Positions 1 to 11,220 of a stretch of 64,000 bases of DNA are shown in pieces. The first letter of the stretch is position 1; every line of letters begins with the position of its first letter. The position numbers and the translations under genes were made by a program. The stretch spans positions 43,407 to 107,406 of the forward strand of contig JAHLWZ010000633.1 in NCBI GenBank assembly GCA_020536535.1. Direction: 5' to 3'. The DNA is from Pelomyxa schiedti (taxonomy: Eukaryota; Protista; Evosea). Below the pieces are notes generated by a model. That model saw nothing but the letters and a program-made list of their open reading frames with translations. It had not been told where the DNA came from and searched no databases.

Positions 1-855
1 CCTTCAGCGAATCCTCCTTCAGTGCGGAAACCAAAACCAAAGCCAACCAGCGTTATTCCTCCCGCACTTCCAACATCATGTAGTATTCCATCACACGAAA
101 CAAATGTATCCTTCACATCACAACCACCCACACCTCAACCAACTGCCAGTACAAACACAACCCCCTCTGAGGAAGAACTCTACACGCAGTTTCAAGAAGC
201 TGTATATTCCCTGTTTTCCCCTAATGACTCTGCATTCCGATGGGACATATTGCTATCCAGTGTACATGAGGGAGTTTCCCCGGAGGACAGCTTTTTAGCC
301 GCAATGGACAAAACAATAGAAGACCTGGCATCATCACCCATTCCCCCCACTGAGGTCCCGGCGGAACAAACAACACAAGCAAGCACTCCCACCAATTACA
401 CAACGCCAAGCAATAGCGAGAGTCCCAAGATAAATTCCGCAATGCAGTATACAACACCACAATCAGAATCATCACTGTCACTATCACCAACACAATCATC
501 TACCTCCATTTCATCCTTTTGGGAGGAAGAAAACACTGACGATGACCTGGCTCTTGCTCTCAAGCTTCAAGCCGAGGAAGAGGACAATAAAACCACAAGC
601 CCGGTACTAAGTACACCCAAGGAATCCACGTCATCACAAATGGATGCTGATCTTGCATTTGCACTGTCACTACAGGAGGAAGAGGAAGAGAAGAACAAGC
701 GGCTTCAACAAGTACTTCAAAAACAACAACAGCCACTTCCATGTAAAATTCCTACCAGCACATTCCCTTCCTCTCCAACAAACACACCAAAAACCACCAC
801 CAAGAAAAAACCAAAGGGTAGAAAACCCACAAACCGGAATAAGAATCTAAGTTGA
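1..855 (+). CDS. 3' part of a Ser/Thr/Pro-rich protein with two ubiquitin-interacting (UIM/MIU)-like motifs; probably 5'-truncated by the window edge
   Basis: ORF 22..855 starts at a non-ATG codon and the frame is open from the window edge. Motifs DDDLALALKLQAEEED and DADLAFALSLQEEEEE match the acidic-LAxAL-x-S/Q UIM pattern. Confidence 0.6.
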   Translation, partial: PSANPPSVRKPKPKPTSVIPPALPTSCSIPSHETNVSFTSQPPTPQPTASTNTTPSEEELYTQFQEAVYSLFSPNDSAFRWDILLSSVHEGVSPEDSFLAAMDKTIEDLASSPIPPTEVPAEQTTQASTPTNYTTPSNSESPKINSAMQYTTPQSESSLSLSPTQSSTSISSFWEEENTDDDLALALKLQAEEEDNKTTSPVLSTPKESTSSQMDADLAFALSLQEEEEEKNKRLQQVLQKQQQPLPCKIPTSTFPSSPTNTPKTTTKKKPKGRKPTNRNKNLS

Positions 856-885
856 ATTTCAGGCTTTCCTCTTATTTTTATCACA

Positions 886-3800
886 TCAAGAAGTACCAGA
901 GAAGATGTGGCCATTTACGCAACAGAGTGTGTTTTCCACAAGACTTTTGTGGCAGAAAGGGTCACCTGCCTCCTTCACAATTGGAATTGTGAGGCATGTA
1001 GCACGGTGGACAGATACAGATGTATCTGAGTGACAGTAGTAGCAAAGTGCTGAGGCCTGAGGCTGGTTGGCTGCTGTGATTAGTCCCTGGGCTATTTTGT
1101 TGCCTTCAGGTGTCAGTGTGCACCAAACTTTGATTCCGGGTTCCCCGTAATTGCTGCAGCGGCTGATGGAATTTTGGGTTGTGCACTCACAGCACCACAC
1201 GATGGTGTGTTTGCTCAGCTCCGGAAGCAAATTGAACCGGTAGAATGTGCCCCTTTTTAGATCAAAATTGGGCCGGTACTGTGTTATGTTCGTGTAAATT
1301 TTGTTTTGTGAGCCTGGAGAAAAACGGAGAGGGTGGGGCTCACTTTTTGAAAATCCATCAGGTTTAGTATGGCCCAACAGCGACTGTAGGCTATCATAAT
1401 ATTGTTGTCCAAATCGAGTCTGTCCTTCTTGCAGTGGAAACACTTTGTAGAATATGGTTTTAGTACCTCCAGTTTGTGATGCGCTCTAAATGAAGGTGAG
1501 GAGCTTGTTGATGTGGTGGCCACACATGTAAAGGGAGATTGGCGACATCAGAGGCAGATCACTTAAGTCTTCATCAGGGCCAGAAAACCATCTGTAGGGT
1601 CTACCAACCCATTTTTTCACATCTGTGTAAAATTAATTAATGCGGTTAAAGTTCCAAAGAGCAACCTGTCACAGGTCTGTATCCACGAGCACTGCAAATT
1701 AATTTTATAAGTGCATGGCAATGAACTGTAATAAAGGTGTCGCGGGACGAGCAGGCCAGAGCCGAAATATCCCAAGGTGACAGCAGACACAAAATCCCAA
1801 CCACAGTGGCAGTGGGAAGGGATACCCCAAGCATGGAATAGCTTTCTTTAAGCTCACTTGGTAATGGAACAATCTTGGAACCAGGTGCATCAGAAATAGA
1901 CGAGGAATATTTCCTTTGGAGCTGGATACTGAGCGAAGAAAACTCACCCATGACAAGATACAGGACAGATTCTACTGATCCTGGCTATAGCTATAACATA
2001 AGCAAAACAAAAAATCTTTCTGGGCTAACCTGCAGAGACATGACTTGCTCATAAAGAGGTTGTGCAACAGTGAAGTCAACAATTTTTCCGTGCTCCAATA
2101 CTTGCAATCCAAACATGAGGGTTCGCACTGCGTGAACAAGCTTCTTCTTCCCGAGGTAGATTTGTTTAGTTGCATGAGCACCACCAGCATAACCCAATTC
2201 TAAAAGGAACCTAGTAATATTCATGTTAAAGGAATTTTTAGTCCGGCACAACATCAGTCCACCTGGATTTCTCCTGAAGATAGTTGGCTGAAAACAAAAA
2301 TGACGGGACCACGACAGAGGGATCTACTTGTGGGAGGGATGGTGGTGGCGATCCCTATAAAGGTTCTTAGAAGTGGTATTTGAAAAATACATTGTACATA
2401 CTTTCCATATGGAAGTACTTGGTTGGCTGGCAATTTCAACAGCAAATGGTACCCACGCCAAAAGAAGTGCATTAAATGTTTCAGGGGAGAAGACAAAAAA
2501 ATCACATGGAGGTCCTTGGAGCGCTGTAGTCATAAGAAATTTATGATTCTGTCCCTGAATTAAGTTTTGCAGTGGTGGTATCCACCCTCGACTGAGCAGC
2601 CACTGCAAGTTATCCTGCATCTTTGCATATGGTGCATCATACCTTGCTTAATTAAATTAATTTGGAACTTCAATTTAACAGTACCCAATCACAACAAAAT
2701 CGAAATCAGCATCAGGGCTGGGGTTAGGAGAGTATACTCGGGAACCAAATGAATACCTAGCTAAAATAAGTACCAAATTTTTCGTTTGTTTAGTGCAACA
2801 CATTGGCCAAATGGGTGGCAGAAAGTCCACACGATGTTGCAAACGTACTCAGTTTCCCATCTTTGGTTTGAAGCCACTCTGCATGCTTTCTGCTCTCCTC
2901 TTCCTGTAGTTGTTAGATATTAGACATCGACCAACTGCAAGAACCTCGCGTTGTCTTTTTGCTTCCCAGAGTGCATTTGTTGTTGGGAAATATAAAATTG
3001 CACATAGTGCGCCAACAACAAATAGTTGATGCACACTTGAAGGATCTTTTGCCGAACATTCGAAGTACCTTAAGAAGTATTAAAGAATCATTGTTTTAGG
3101 TGAGTGTACCCTAATGCTCCGTGCTTTTTGGCCCATAGTGTCAGCTGCTCAGCGGAAACGGTGCCCTCTGTTTTCTAAGGATTGAATGAATAAGTTGAAA
3201 AGCTCGTTTGTGGATACCAGATCTGATTTGGTGCCGACAAGGATATAAGGAATCTTAGGGTAAATTTCGTGGTCAGCATGAAACGAGGAAGAACAGGCAC
3301 TGCAGTTTTGTTAGCACAAAAGAAGGTATTGCCTTTGCCAACCCAGAAACTTCCCGCTCTGTCACCTCCTTATCTAAACGAATACATCGAAAGGAGAAGT
3401 GCGCCCATCTGTAGTACGAAGGAAGAACACGAGAGTACTGGCATGCATATGAGGTGTCAGTGAGTATGAGTGAATATGCTAGAGTGGCCGGAATCGAGGG
3501 TGACTTCAGATATTTGTAACTTCCGAATCCAGAAAGCAAAGGCAACTTCACAAGGGAAACTCTCACTTCGTCCACAGCTGCCAAAGATGAGGTTTTTTCT
3601 CAATCCAAAAAATGGGACTCACTGCCTCCAGAGGACAACTTCCCCCGTGTTAGTGCAGTTATCAATGAAGTCCTTCCTGAGTGGTCCTATTCTCATAAAA
3701 ATTAGTTGTACAACAGGGGAAAAAGTGATGCTTTTACCTCCCCATCCAAAATGATCTTGATAGGCCGACAGTGGCCTGACACATCCGCCTTGGACGACGA

Positions 3801-3899
3801 CACCTTGGCCTCGATGTAGTTCAGCCACTCATCTGCCGTCCTTGGGTCCACTTGCCCCTCTTCGCTCGTCGTACACTCCCGCGTCTCTGTAGATCCCAT
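886..3899 (-). CDS. Multi-exon fusion: degenerate Rho/Ras-like small GTPase + Pol-beta-superfamily nucleotidyltransferase + Cys-rich C-terminus
   Basis: Spliced translation from ATG 3899: IKIILDGE|DHSGRTSLITAL (G1-like), LILTDTSYACQYSRVLPSYYRWA (G3-like), PYILVGTKSDL (G4), YFECSAK (G5). Then NV|YSFGSRVYSPNPSPDADFDFVVIG (GS..DxD, exon 2756..2685), CDFFVFSPETFNALL, and KKKLVHAVRTLMFGLQVLEHGKIVDF (ORF 1991..2254). Last exon (ORF 886..1443) carries CCEC, CYYCH and CVNGH. Exon linkage between about 1950 and 1450 is less certain. Confidence 0.72.
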
Positions 3900-3994
3900 C
3901 CCCAGCACCGATTCGATTCTTGGTTGGAAAACCCGCTCGTTTTCGCCGAACCTCTTCGGATCTCGAGCCAGAACGAGAGATTTTCTTACCAACG
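3900..3994. promoter_or_regulatory. Putative compact bidirectional promoter / 5' UTRs between two divergent genes
   Basis: ATG at 3899 (-) and ATG at 3995 (+) are 95 bp apart inside a GC/CpG-rich segment. Confidence 0.5.
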
Positions 3995-6900
3995 ATGTCC
4001 TCGTCGAGGTCAACCACGACAGCGACGGCGGCTCCGACAACTACAACGAGCGCGAGGACGAGCGCTAGTGCCGCAAGGGTCCGGTGCGGCCTAGGGGTGG
4101 GGGCGCGTCTGTTGGACAAAATCCAGCGCACTGTCGTACGCGGGGATCCCTGGCGCATGACGGGCATGCTGGAGGGCGGCGACACCCCCGCCTTCTCGGT
4201 GAGCACGTTCATGGACCCCGAGACGTGCGACGACGGCTGCTCGACTCTGGCCGCCGCCCTGAGCTTCGCACTGGCCCACCGCTCAATGCCCTGCCTCGAG
4301 GCGCTCGTCGCACGCCGTCTTACAGACGCACCCCCCGCTTGTTCCTTGGCGGATCAACTTCCAAACCCTCAGACGAGAACAACTACGTCAAGCTCGACTG
4401 CAATTGCAATTGAAAATGGAAATGGAAATGAAATTATACATGCTGCTATTAATACTGGTACTACCCCTAGTTCCACTTCCAGTGCCAAGGGAGTGGAAAC
4501 TGATGTTTCCAGTTCCAACTCTGCCACCACTTCCACTTCCAGTTCTAGTGCAAGTGAAAACGAAACTACCACTCCACCATTACAAAGGACAAGAAGGCCT
4601 GCTCGTTTACCTCTTGACTTGCACAACGCATCTCTCCCATCAGTATCTGGGAGGCGTCCACTTGTGGTTGCTGTTCTATGGTGCCGCCGTGCAGTCGAGC
4701 TACTTTTGCAGGCTGGCGCTGACCCAAATGACGGCACAGCCCTTGCCTGGGCTGTGGATATGAATCCGTGTTGTGTGCTGCCTCTTCTGCATGCTGGGGC
4801 TAGTCCAGTGGCAGCGTGTGCTGTTCCACCACCAAAGTTCCCATCCTCGGGTACTCCAAGAGATAAGGCATCTGCATTATATAGAGTATTATTGCGAGGA
4901 AGCTCAAAATCGTTCGAGCCTCCCTCTGCAGGTGCTGAACTTCCACCAAATTCCGAATTTGCAAGTATCGATACAGCGCCTCAGCCATCCATAAACGATG
5001 TGATCAAGTGGCTGCTTTATAAAACATCACCAAGAGATCTGGAGCAATTCATGTTAGAGACCCTCTCTGATTGGAGTTTTGGGGGCTCTGGTCGAACTTC
5101 TTTGGAATTGGGAGCTATATGCTATGACAGAGGAATATTGACTGCTGATCAATTTTCCCGCTTTATACATGCCGCTCCAGACCGAAGGTATATTTCCTCT
5201 CTTCTTGGGAGTGTGAAATAAACAAAACCAAAACAAAAAAAAGGGAAGCAGCAAAATACAGCTTGCCATCCTCGAAAAAAGGCGACAATGATCAAGATGC
5301 ACTTCCTCCCCCTCTTCCCCCCATTGTGATTGCTTTTTCCTCGGGCAAAAGACCCCACCCAAGTCTACCTCCTAAAATTCACATTTCCGAGAAAATTTCC
5401 ATCCACCAGAAGGTTAATAGAAACGGTGACATCGCTGGAATCATCGATGACATCAAACATTCACCACCAATTCCCCGCCTGTGCCTCTCACGGAAAAATA
5501 GCTGTCTTCAAATAATCGTGTTTGAAGCAGCAATGATTTACCGTCAAATGCCTCTACTTCAGCGACTCCTCGATCACCCTATCCCCTTAGTTTCACCATC
5601 TCAAATCAAATCTCTAAATGAGTTGCAATCAACTCTTCCTGCTTTAAGTTCTACCACCACTACAACCTCAAGTACAACGACAACCCAAACAACACTTACT
5701 GGCTCAGATGAAACCAGTAAAACAATTCCCGAACCACCTGCAGAAACAGATATCGTCACACTGCCCCTTGACTTGCGGGGGATAACCCTCCCTAGAATAA
5801 ATAAGATACCTGCCCTCATTTCCGCATTACAATGGGGACCAGAGGCTGTAAAGCTTCTTCTACATGCGGGACATACCTCCAACTCCGGAGCACCATTAGC
5901 TTGGGCAGTGGACCTTTGCTCTCAAACAACTGAGCTTCTACTTCAATATCGCTTTTCAACTATAGAGCCAGGTTGTTCCCTCCCTTCATCCACTATCCCT
6001 ATGGCGCGACAACATGCCCCTGCTTTGATCCGAGTACTTTCTGATGCCACCACGAAGCAATCTTCTGTTCCCATGCTGAATTTACTCCTAGAAAACACAC
6101 GCGAGGAGGAATTGGAACTACTGTGTGAGCAAGATTTTAAACAACCCTGGGGTTGCATGGGTGATGACAAAGGGAATATTTGTAATTGGAAGTGTAAACC
6201 TTCATGTCTAGATTATGCTGTTCTCTGTTTTTCAAACCGAGCCCTTAATTCGACCCAGTTCTCTCGTTTCATACGAGCTGCCCCACAATGTGATATAGAT
6301 CCCTCAAAACTCCCCCCGGCTCCGACTGCTGTTACGTCAAGCATTATGTACCGCAGAATTCCTCCCAGTGTTCTATATATGACATGCCAACGGGGTAACA
6401 TTGAGGGAGTAATTGCTCTGCTCAGACGGGGAGCAAATTCGCAGGCTATTGTTCCGCCGTATGGCGAGACTCCTCTGCACGCAGCAGCTGCTGGAAATTA
6501 CCCTGCAATTTGCAAACTTCTTGTAGATTCTGGAGCCAAGAGTAACGTTTTGTCTCAAGCTTCCCCCGACTTGGGTCCAATGACTCCTATTGACTACGCT
6601 AGGTTAAATAGTAACTTTCAGCTCGTCCGCTTTCTTTCAGATCCTCTTAGAAGGTATACCCACTATTTTGTGAAGCCTCTCCATCTTACTTCACTTAGTT
6701 CTCTCCAAGGCCTACTTGTAAATCTGAACCTAGACTCTCAAATTACCTCATTCAGCGAGATTGCCGAACCAAATCCTCCTCCGCCAAAACAAGGGACTTG
6801 TGGCATCTGTCTCGAAGAAAGTAGTCTTCTGTCGTTGAGCCGTTGTGGCCATGCGTAAGTCAACCAAATTTGTTTTTTCCTCATGTTTCACAGATTCTGT

Positions 6901-7949
6901 CGAGACTGCTTGGACCAATGGTTCAAGAATAGTGAAACGGCACATCTCCGATGCCCAAAGCGTGGTTGCATTGGAATTGCCTCTTACTATGATGTTTTGT
7001 AAATTTCTTCTTTACTTCTGAAATGTTATCAATCCCCAGTACAGAGCTGCATTAAAGAACACAGAATCATTTGAACAAAGCATGCTTCGGAGGGGATTGA
7101 GTACCGTTGAGGGTTTTATTCACTGCCCAAAGTGTAACTATGGAGGTTTTGCTGTTTGTGATGACGCCATATGTAATGAGTGTGGACTTCATTTTTGTGT
7201 TAAATGTTTATTGGAGCATCACCCTGGTGCCTCGTATGCCTCTTTTTCCCAAAACCTCAGACCCTGCTTAAAAGCCTTAGGTGTAATGACATGACTAAAA
7301 TTCTACTTGTTGATCAATTGGAAAGGCGGAAAGAAAAGAGATTAACAGAGGAAGGCACTCTCTTAAATAAGGTTAGTTCTTTTTCTCCCACTCTTTTCTA
7401 GAATCCTTATTCCAGAATCGGTAATAAATTCCACCCGTGGTCGACACAATAAAGTGGATGAACACAAATGCCCGGCCATGCCCTCAATGCAAAGCCATGA
7501 TCCAGAAAGACGGCGGCTGCAGTCACATGACCTGCTCCCACTGCAAGCACCAATTCTGCTGGCTATGTATGCTGCCGTACATCAGCCGGCTCACCGGCGA
7601 CCAAGTTGATCCCTGCGAGAGGATTCCCGCGAAGCTTCAGTTCTCCCTGCACTACTTCACCCCAGAGCCCCAGGTGTACCTAGCCATCAGCGGCTCCATC
7701 GCCAAGCTGGGGTTATGGGACCCCTCGAAAGCTGTCCCGATGACCCGGCAGGCCTCGGGATGGTGGACAGTCACACTGGACCTCATGGTGGGATCCACAT
7801 TCTACTGGAAGTTTGTGGTGTGCAATTCAGCCGATCGCAAAGCCTTGAGGTGGGAGGGTACCCCAAACCGGCACTGGAGGGTGATATTCCAGGATGCCAT
7901 TTACACGGCCCAGTGGGAATCAACAAAGTACGTGCAACACCGACCATGA
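3995..7949 (+). CDS. Ankyrin-repeat RBR (RING1-IBR-Rcat) E3 ubiquitin ligase with C-terminal CBM20 carbohydrate-binding module
   Basis: ORFs 3920..5221 and 5263..6858 join in frame through GT-AG intron 5188..5261. Ankyrin [25 protein letters not shown]; RING1 CGICLEE..CGH|.FCRDCL; [30 protein letters not shown]; Rcat [33 protein letters not shown]20 [49 protein letters not shown] lies in the same exon as Rcat. Confidence 0.88.
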
Positions 7950-8135
7950 TGACCCACACTAGATATCACCTCACATCAAACACCCACACCACCTTGTTTC
8001 CGTGCACCCATATCCATCACCTTGATCATTCCCAACGTTGTTGATGACAAAACGCGTGCTGTATTTACACTGAAACTCCAAAACAACTTCGTCTAACTGA
8101 AGGTGTGGTTGAGTGCATCGGCTACCCCCCGCGTA

Positions 8136-9036
8136 ATGGCGTTGCCACGAGGAGCAGGACTTGGGCAGGTTATGGGACTAGTGGCGGCGGCGGCGATGGT
8201 GGTCGCGACGCTGTGGGGCGTGGCGTCGGGGCACGAGGTCACGCTGCTGTCGTTGACGATTCCTCAACAAGGGCCGTGCAACGAGGCGTGCCTGCCGCGG
8301 TCGGCGGCGCACGTGTGTGGGCCGTGCGCTGCGCCTGAGTGCCGTGGGTGCCAGTGGTGCCCAGAATGCAGGGTACTAATGCCAATCAATGAACCAAACA
8401 ACCAACCAACCAACCAACCAAACAGTCAACCAATAAAATATGTGTATCTATCACACAAATGGCTTCCCTGCTACCCCCACAAACCCATTAATAGAATCAA
8501 CAACCAAACAACTGGAATCGTGGTGTGATGTTGGGACTATCTGTGTTGTGCGGGATTGGGTGTTTACCTTTTGTCTGTTCCCGATTCACCTCCTTTAACT
8601 GTTTTGCAAAAGAGAAGGGGACTAGATTTTTTCCTGGACGTGGAGGTGGAGGTATTAGTGTACTTTATTTTATTTTTTTTTTTCTTTTTGTTTTGTAATA
8701 TCGGCATCCAGTTAACTGACCCCCAACCACCTTGTAGTGCACAAATTTTCCCAATGTGATCGCTGAGCCCTACAATCACACCAAATTCTGCGCACCATGT
8801 GAAGCTTCTGACTTTGAGGGTTGTGAGCAGTGCGTGCTTTGTGTGGAAGACAAAAAGGTTCTTTCTCCCCTGCCAAACCTTATTCATTATTTTACTAGGA
8901 ATCGGGCCGAGATGCGGCACCCACAACAAAGTTGGCTTTCCTGTTAATTTCACTTATATGTTCCCTTGGAATCCTTCTCATGTGGGCATACCTGCTTAAA
9001 CCACATGTTCCCCATGGCTATAAGTCGTTGCCTTGA
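8136..9036 (+). CDS. Small Cys-rich type I membrane protein (signal peptide, repeated CxxC ectodomain, TM, short tail with YxxL)
   Basis: Hydrophobic N-terminus (LVAAAAMVVATLWGVASG); CGPCAAPECRGCQWCPEC and CAPCEASDFEGCEQCVLC. Last exon reads KLAFLLISLICSLGILLMWAYLL-KPHVPHGYKSLP* (TGA 9034..9036). Middle exon boundaries uncertain. Confidence 0.65.
8386..8432. repeat. (AACC)n-type microsatellite in an intron
   Basis: aaccaaacaaccaaccaaccaaccaaccaaac read directly. Confidence 0.7.
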
Positions 9037-9126
9037 CTCAACGCCAATGTTGTGTATTATTGTACTTTGCCTTCTGTTTTTTTGTGGATAATAAAAACTT
9101 ACTCGAAACAAAAATGTTTTTGAAAG

Positions 9127-11120
9127 TCAAGATTGTTTTGTTGCCCCAACAGCCACCTTGACATTCTCTTCAATGGGAATATTCGATTCCCTCAGGGCAT
9201 GAAATATCCCAGGGAGTTGCTGTGGCATTTGTACAAGTTCTCCTACAGTTCTTACATAGGCATTATGCCAGAGGAATGACACAACCATGTGGTCAAGCCC
9301 AAGGACCTCAATGGGGTCTTCCAGTTTGATACTTGGTTGAGGTGGATGCAAATTTTTGGTTTCAGTCAACGCAACGAGGCTAATGTCAGGGTTAGCATAG
9401 TTTTTTCCCTGAGATGGAAGTACGAGAGAAATAGAGAGGCTTGTGCAATGTGATTCTGGATATTTGGTACATAGTTGTCAAGCAGACTAAATTGTTGATG
9501 TTTTTGTACTTGTACAAAATCAGCCACCTGGAAGTGGTTACAATTTGTAGTACGATAGAAAGAATCTCACCGTGAGAATGGGAGGCAATGCATTGTGAAG
9601 AATTTCACATATTCCATCAGGCATATCAGCGAGCACTTGTATGGGTGACTGCTTGCTCAGTTGGCTTATATGAGTGCCAGGTTTTACAATTCGTTGTAAT
9701 TGTTGATGTGGGTCTAGAAGGATGAGTGTGAAGTAGAAGAGAACTCACAAGCACTTAGTTTGTTTGACATGCCACTTTCTGCTGTCTGTCTCAGCTGCTG
9801 TACTTGAGAGAGTTTTTTTTCTAAAGCCACTATTTCTTGCAAAAGAAGGTCTTTGGCAGCCTTGGCCAGAACAGTAAGATTAGGAATTGATTGTCTTAGC
9901 AGGTCAAATTTCTGTTGATTTCTTACAGAAATAGCGAGATCCTCAACTGTAGCACTGTGTCAGAGTAAAAATTGCACCCAGTAGACGATACCTGAACAAA
10001 TTCCACTGGCTTTCAGTCTCTCCAGTTCCTGTTCAGTAATGCCAGGAAGGGTTGATAGGGGGTGCAGTGTTTTGGATGGAGTACCTGGCTGTGAGAGAGT
10101 CTCCGCTGTTGGTGCATTCACAGGTGATGTTGGTGAGGTATTTAGTTTGTCAGAAGAAATGCTGGTTGTAGGAGACGGAGAAAGTGGGATGCTTTTTGAT
10201 ACACATGTGTTTGCAACACCATCACTTTTTACAACTTGTGGAGGTGCAGGAAGTGTCTGTTCAGCAGCCTGCTGGTGAATGTGTGATTGCAAGTGGGAAT
10301 GCTGTTGTTGTGGTAGTGGTTGTTGTTGCTGCCGTTGTTGTGGTTGTGCTTGTGGTTGTGGTTGTGTTTTGTGAGAAACAGCAACACATAGAGAAGCACT
10401 GTTTCCAGTTGGGCAATATGACTCAATGATTTTCACACGGTCGAAGTCCACTCCAACAACAGCAGTATGCTCTCCCGGCTCTACTCCCTTGTTAGTGTGA
10501 TGATTCGCAGAACCATCATCGCGATCGGCGCTCGGCTGGAAATTGTAACGCGGCCCGCCGCCGCCGCCGCCATTTGGATTCACGCTTGCAGTTGCATTTG
10601 CATTTGGTTTTGGGCCTACACGCGCTGCCGCCACGCTGCTGGATGCCATGCTCGGCGTGAAAGTGGATTCCATCACAGACACGCCGTTGGTCCAGCAAGC
10701 GCGCGGCTGCGGCTGCGGCGGGGGCGGCGGCATAGACGGCGACAGTGACGGCTGTCTTTGGGCCAGCAACAACAATGGTCTCGCCGCGGTAAGAGGGGCG
10801 CCGCCGCCGCCGATTTGGTGAGGGCACATGTCCGCTGGCGTGCACGTCGTGCTGCAGGCGCTCTTTGGCATTGCTGTTGTTGGTGGAGTGGCGGTGTAGT
10901 TATGGGTGTTTGGTGGCGCTTGTTGTTGCTGTTGCTGACACTGGCTCTCTGTGAGGAAAGTTATGTCGGATGTGGACGAGCGCAACGACGTCTGGGGGAC
11001 GAGGACGAACTCGCCCAAGTTGGAGGGCACTATCACTATCGAGGAGCCCAGGACGTCGCCGTCACCACCACCCGAGCCGCTATTATGGGTCGTGTCACCT
11101 TTCCCCTTCGGCACGTTCAT
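9127..11120 (-). CDS. Low-complexity protein with three C-terminal HhH / RNA polymerase alpha-CTD / Rad51-N-like helical repeats
   Basis: ORF 9960..11120 continues through spliced exons to ORF 9127..9369. Repeats: PLSTLPGITEQELERLKASG|.ATVEDLA; SPIQVLADMPDGICEILHNALPPILT|VADFVQ; PIEVLGLDHMVVSFLWHNAYVRTVGELVQM. Confidence 0.6.
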
Positions 11121-11220
11121 TCCTTTTTTTTTTCGGTTGCCAGAAGTTGGTTAGCTTTTTAGCGAAAAAGAAAAAAAGGTCCAAGCACAAAAATATCCTT
11201 GTGCATAAGACAGTGACACA

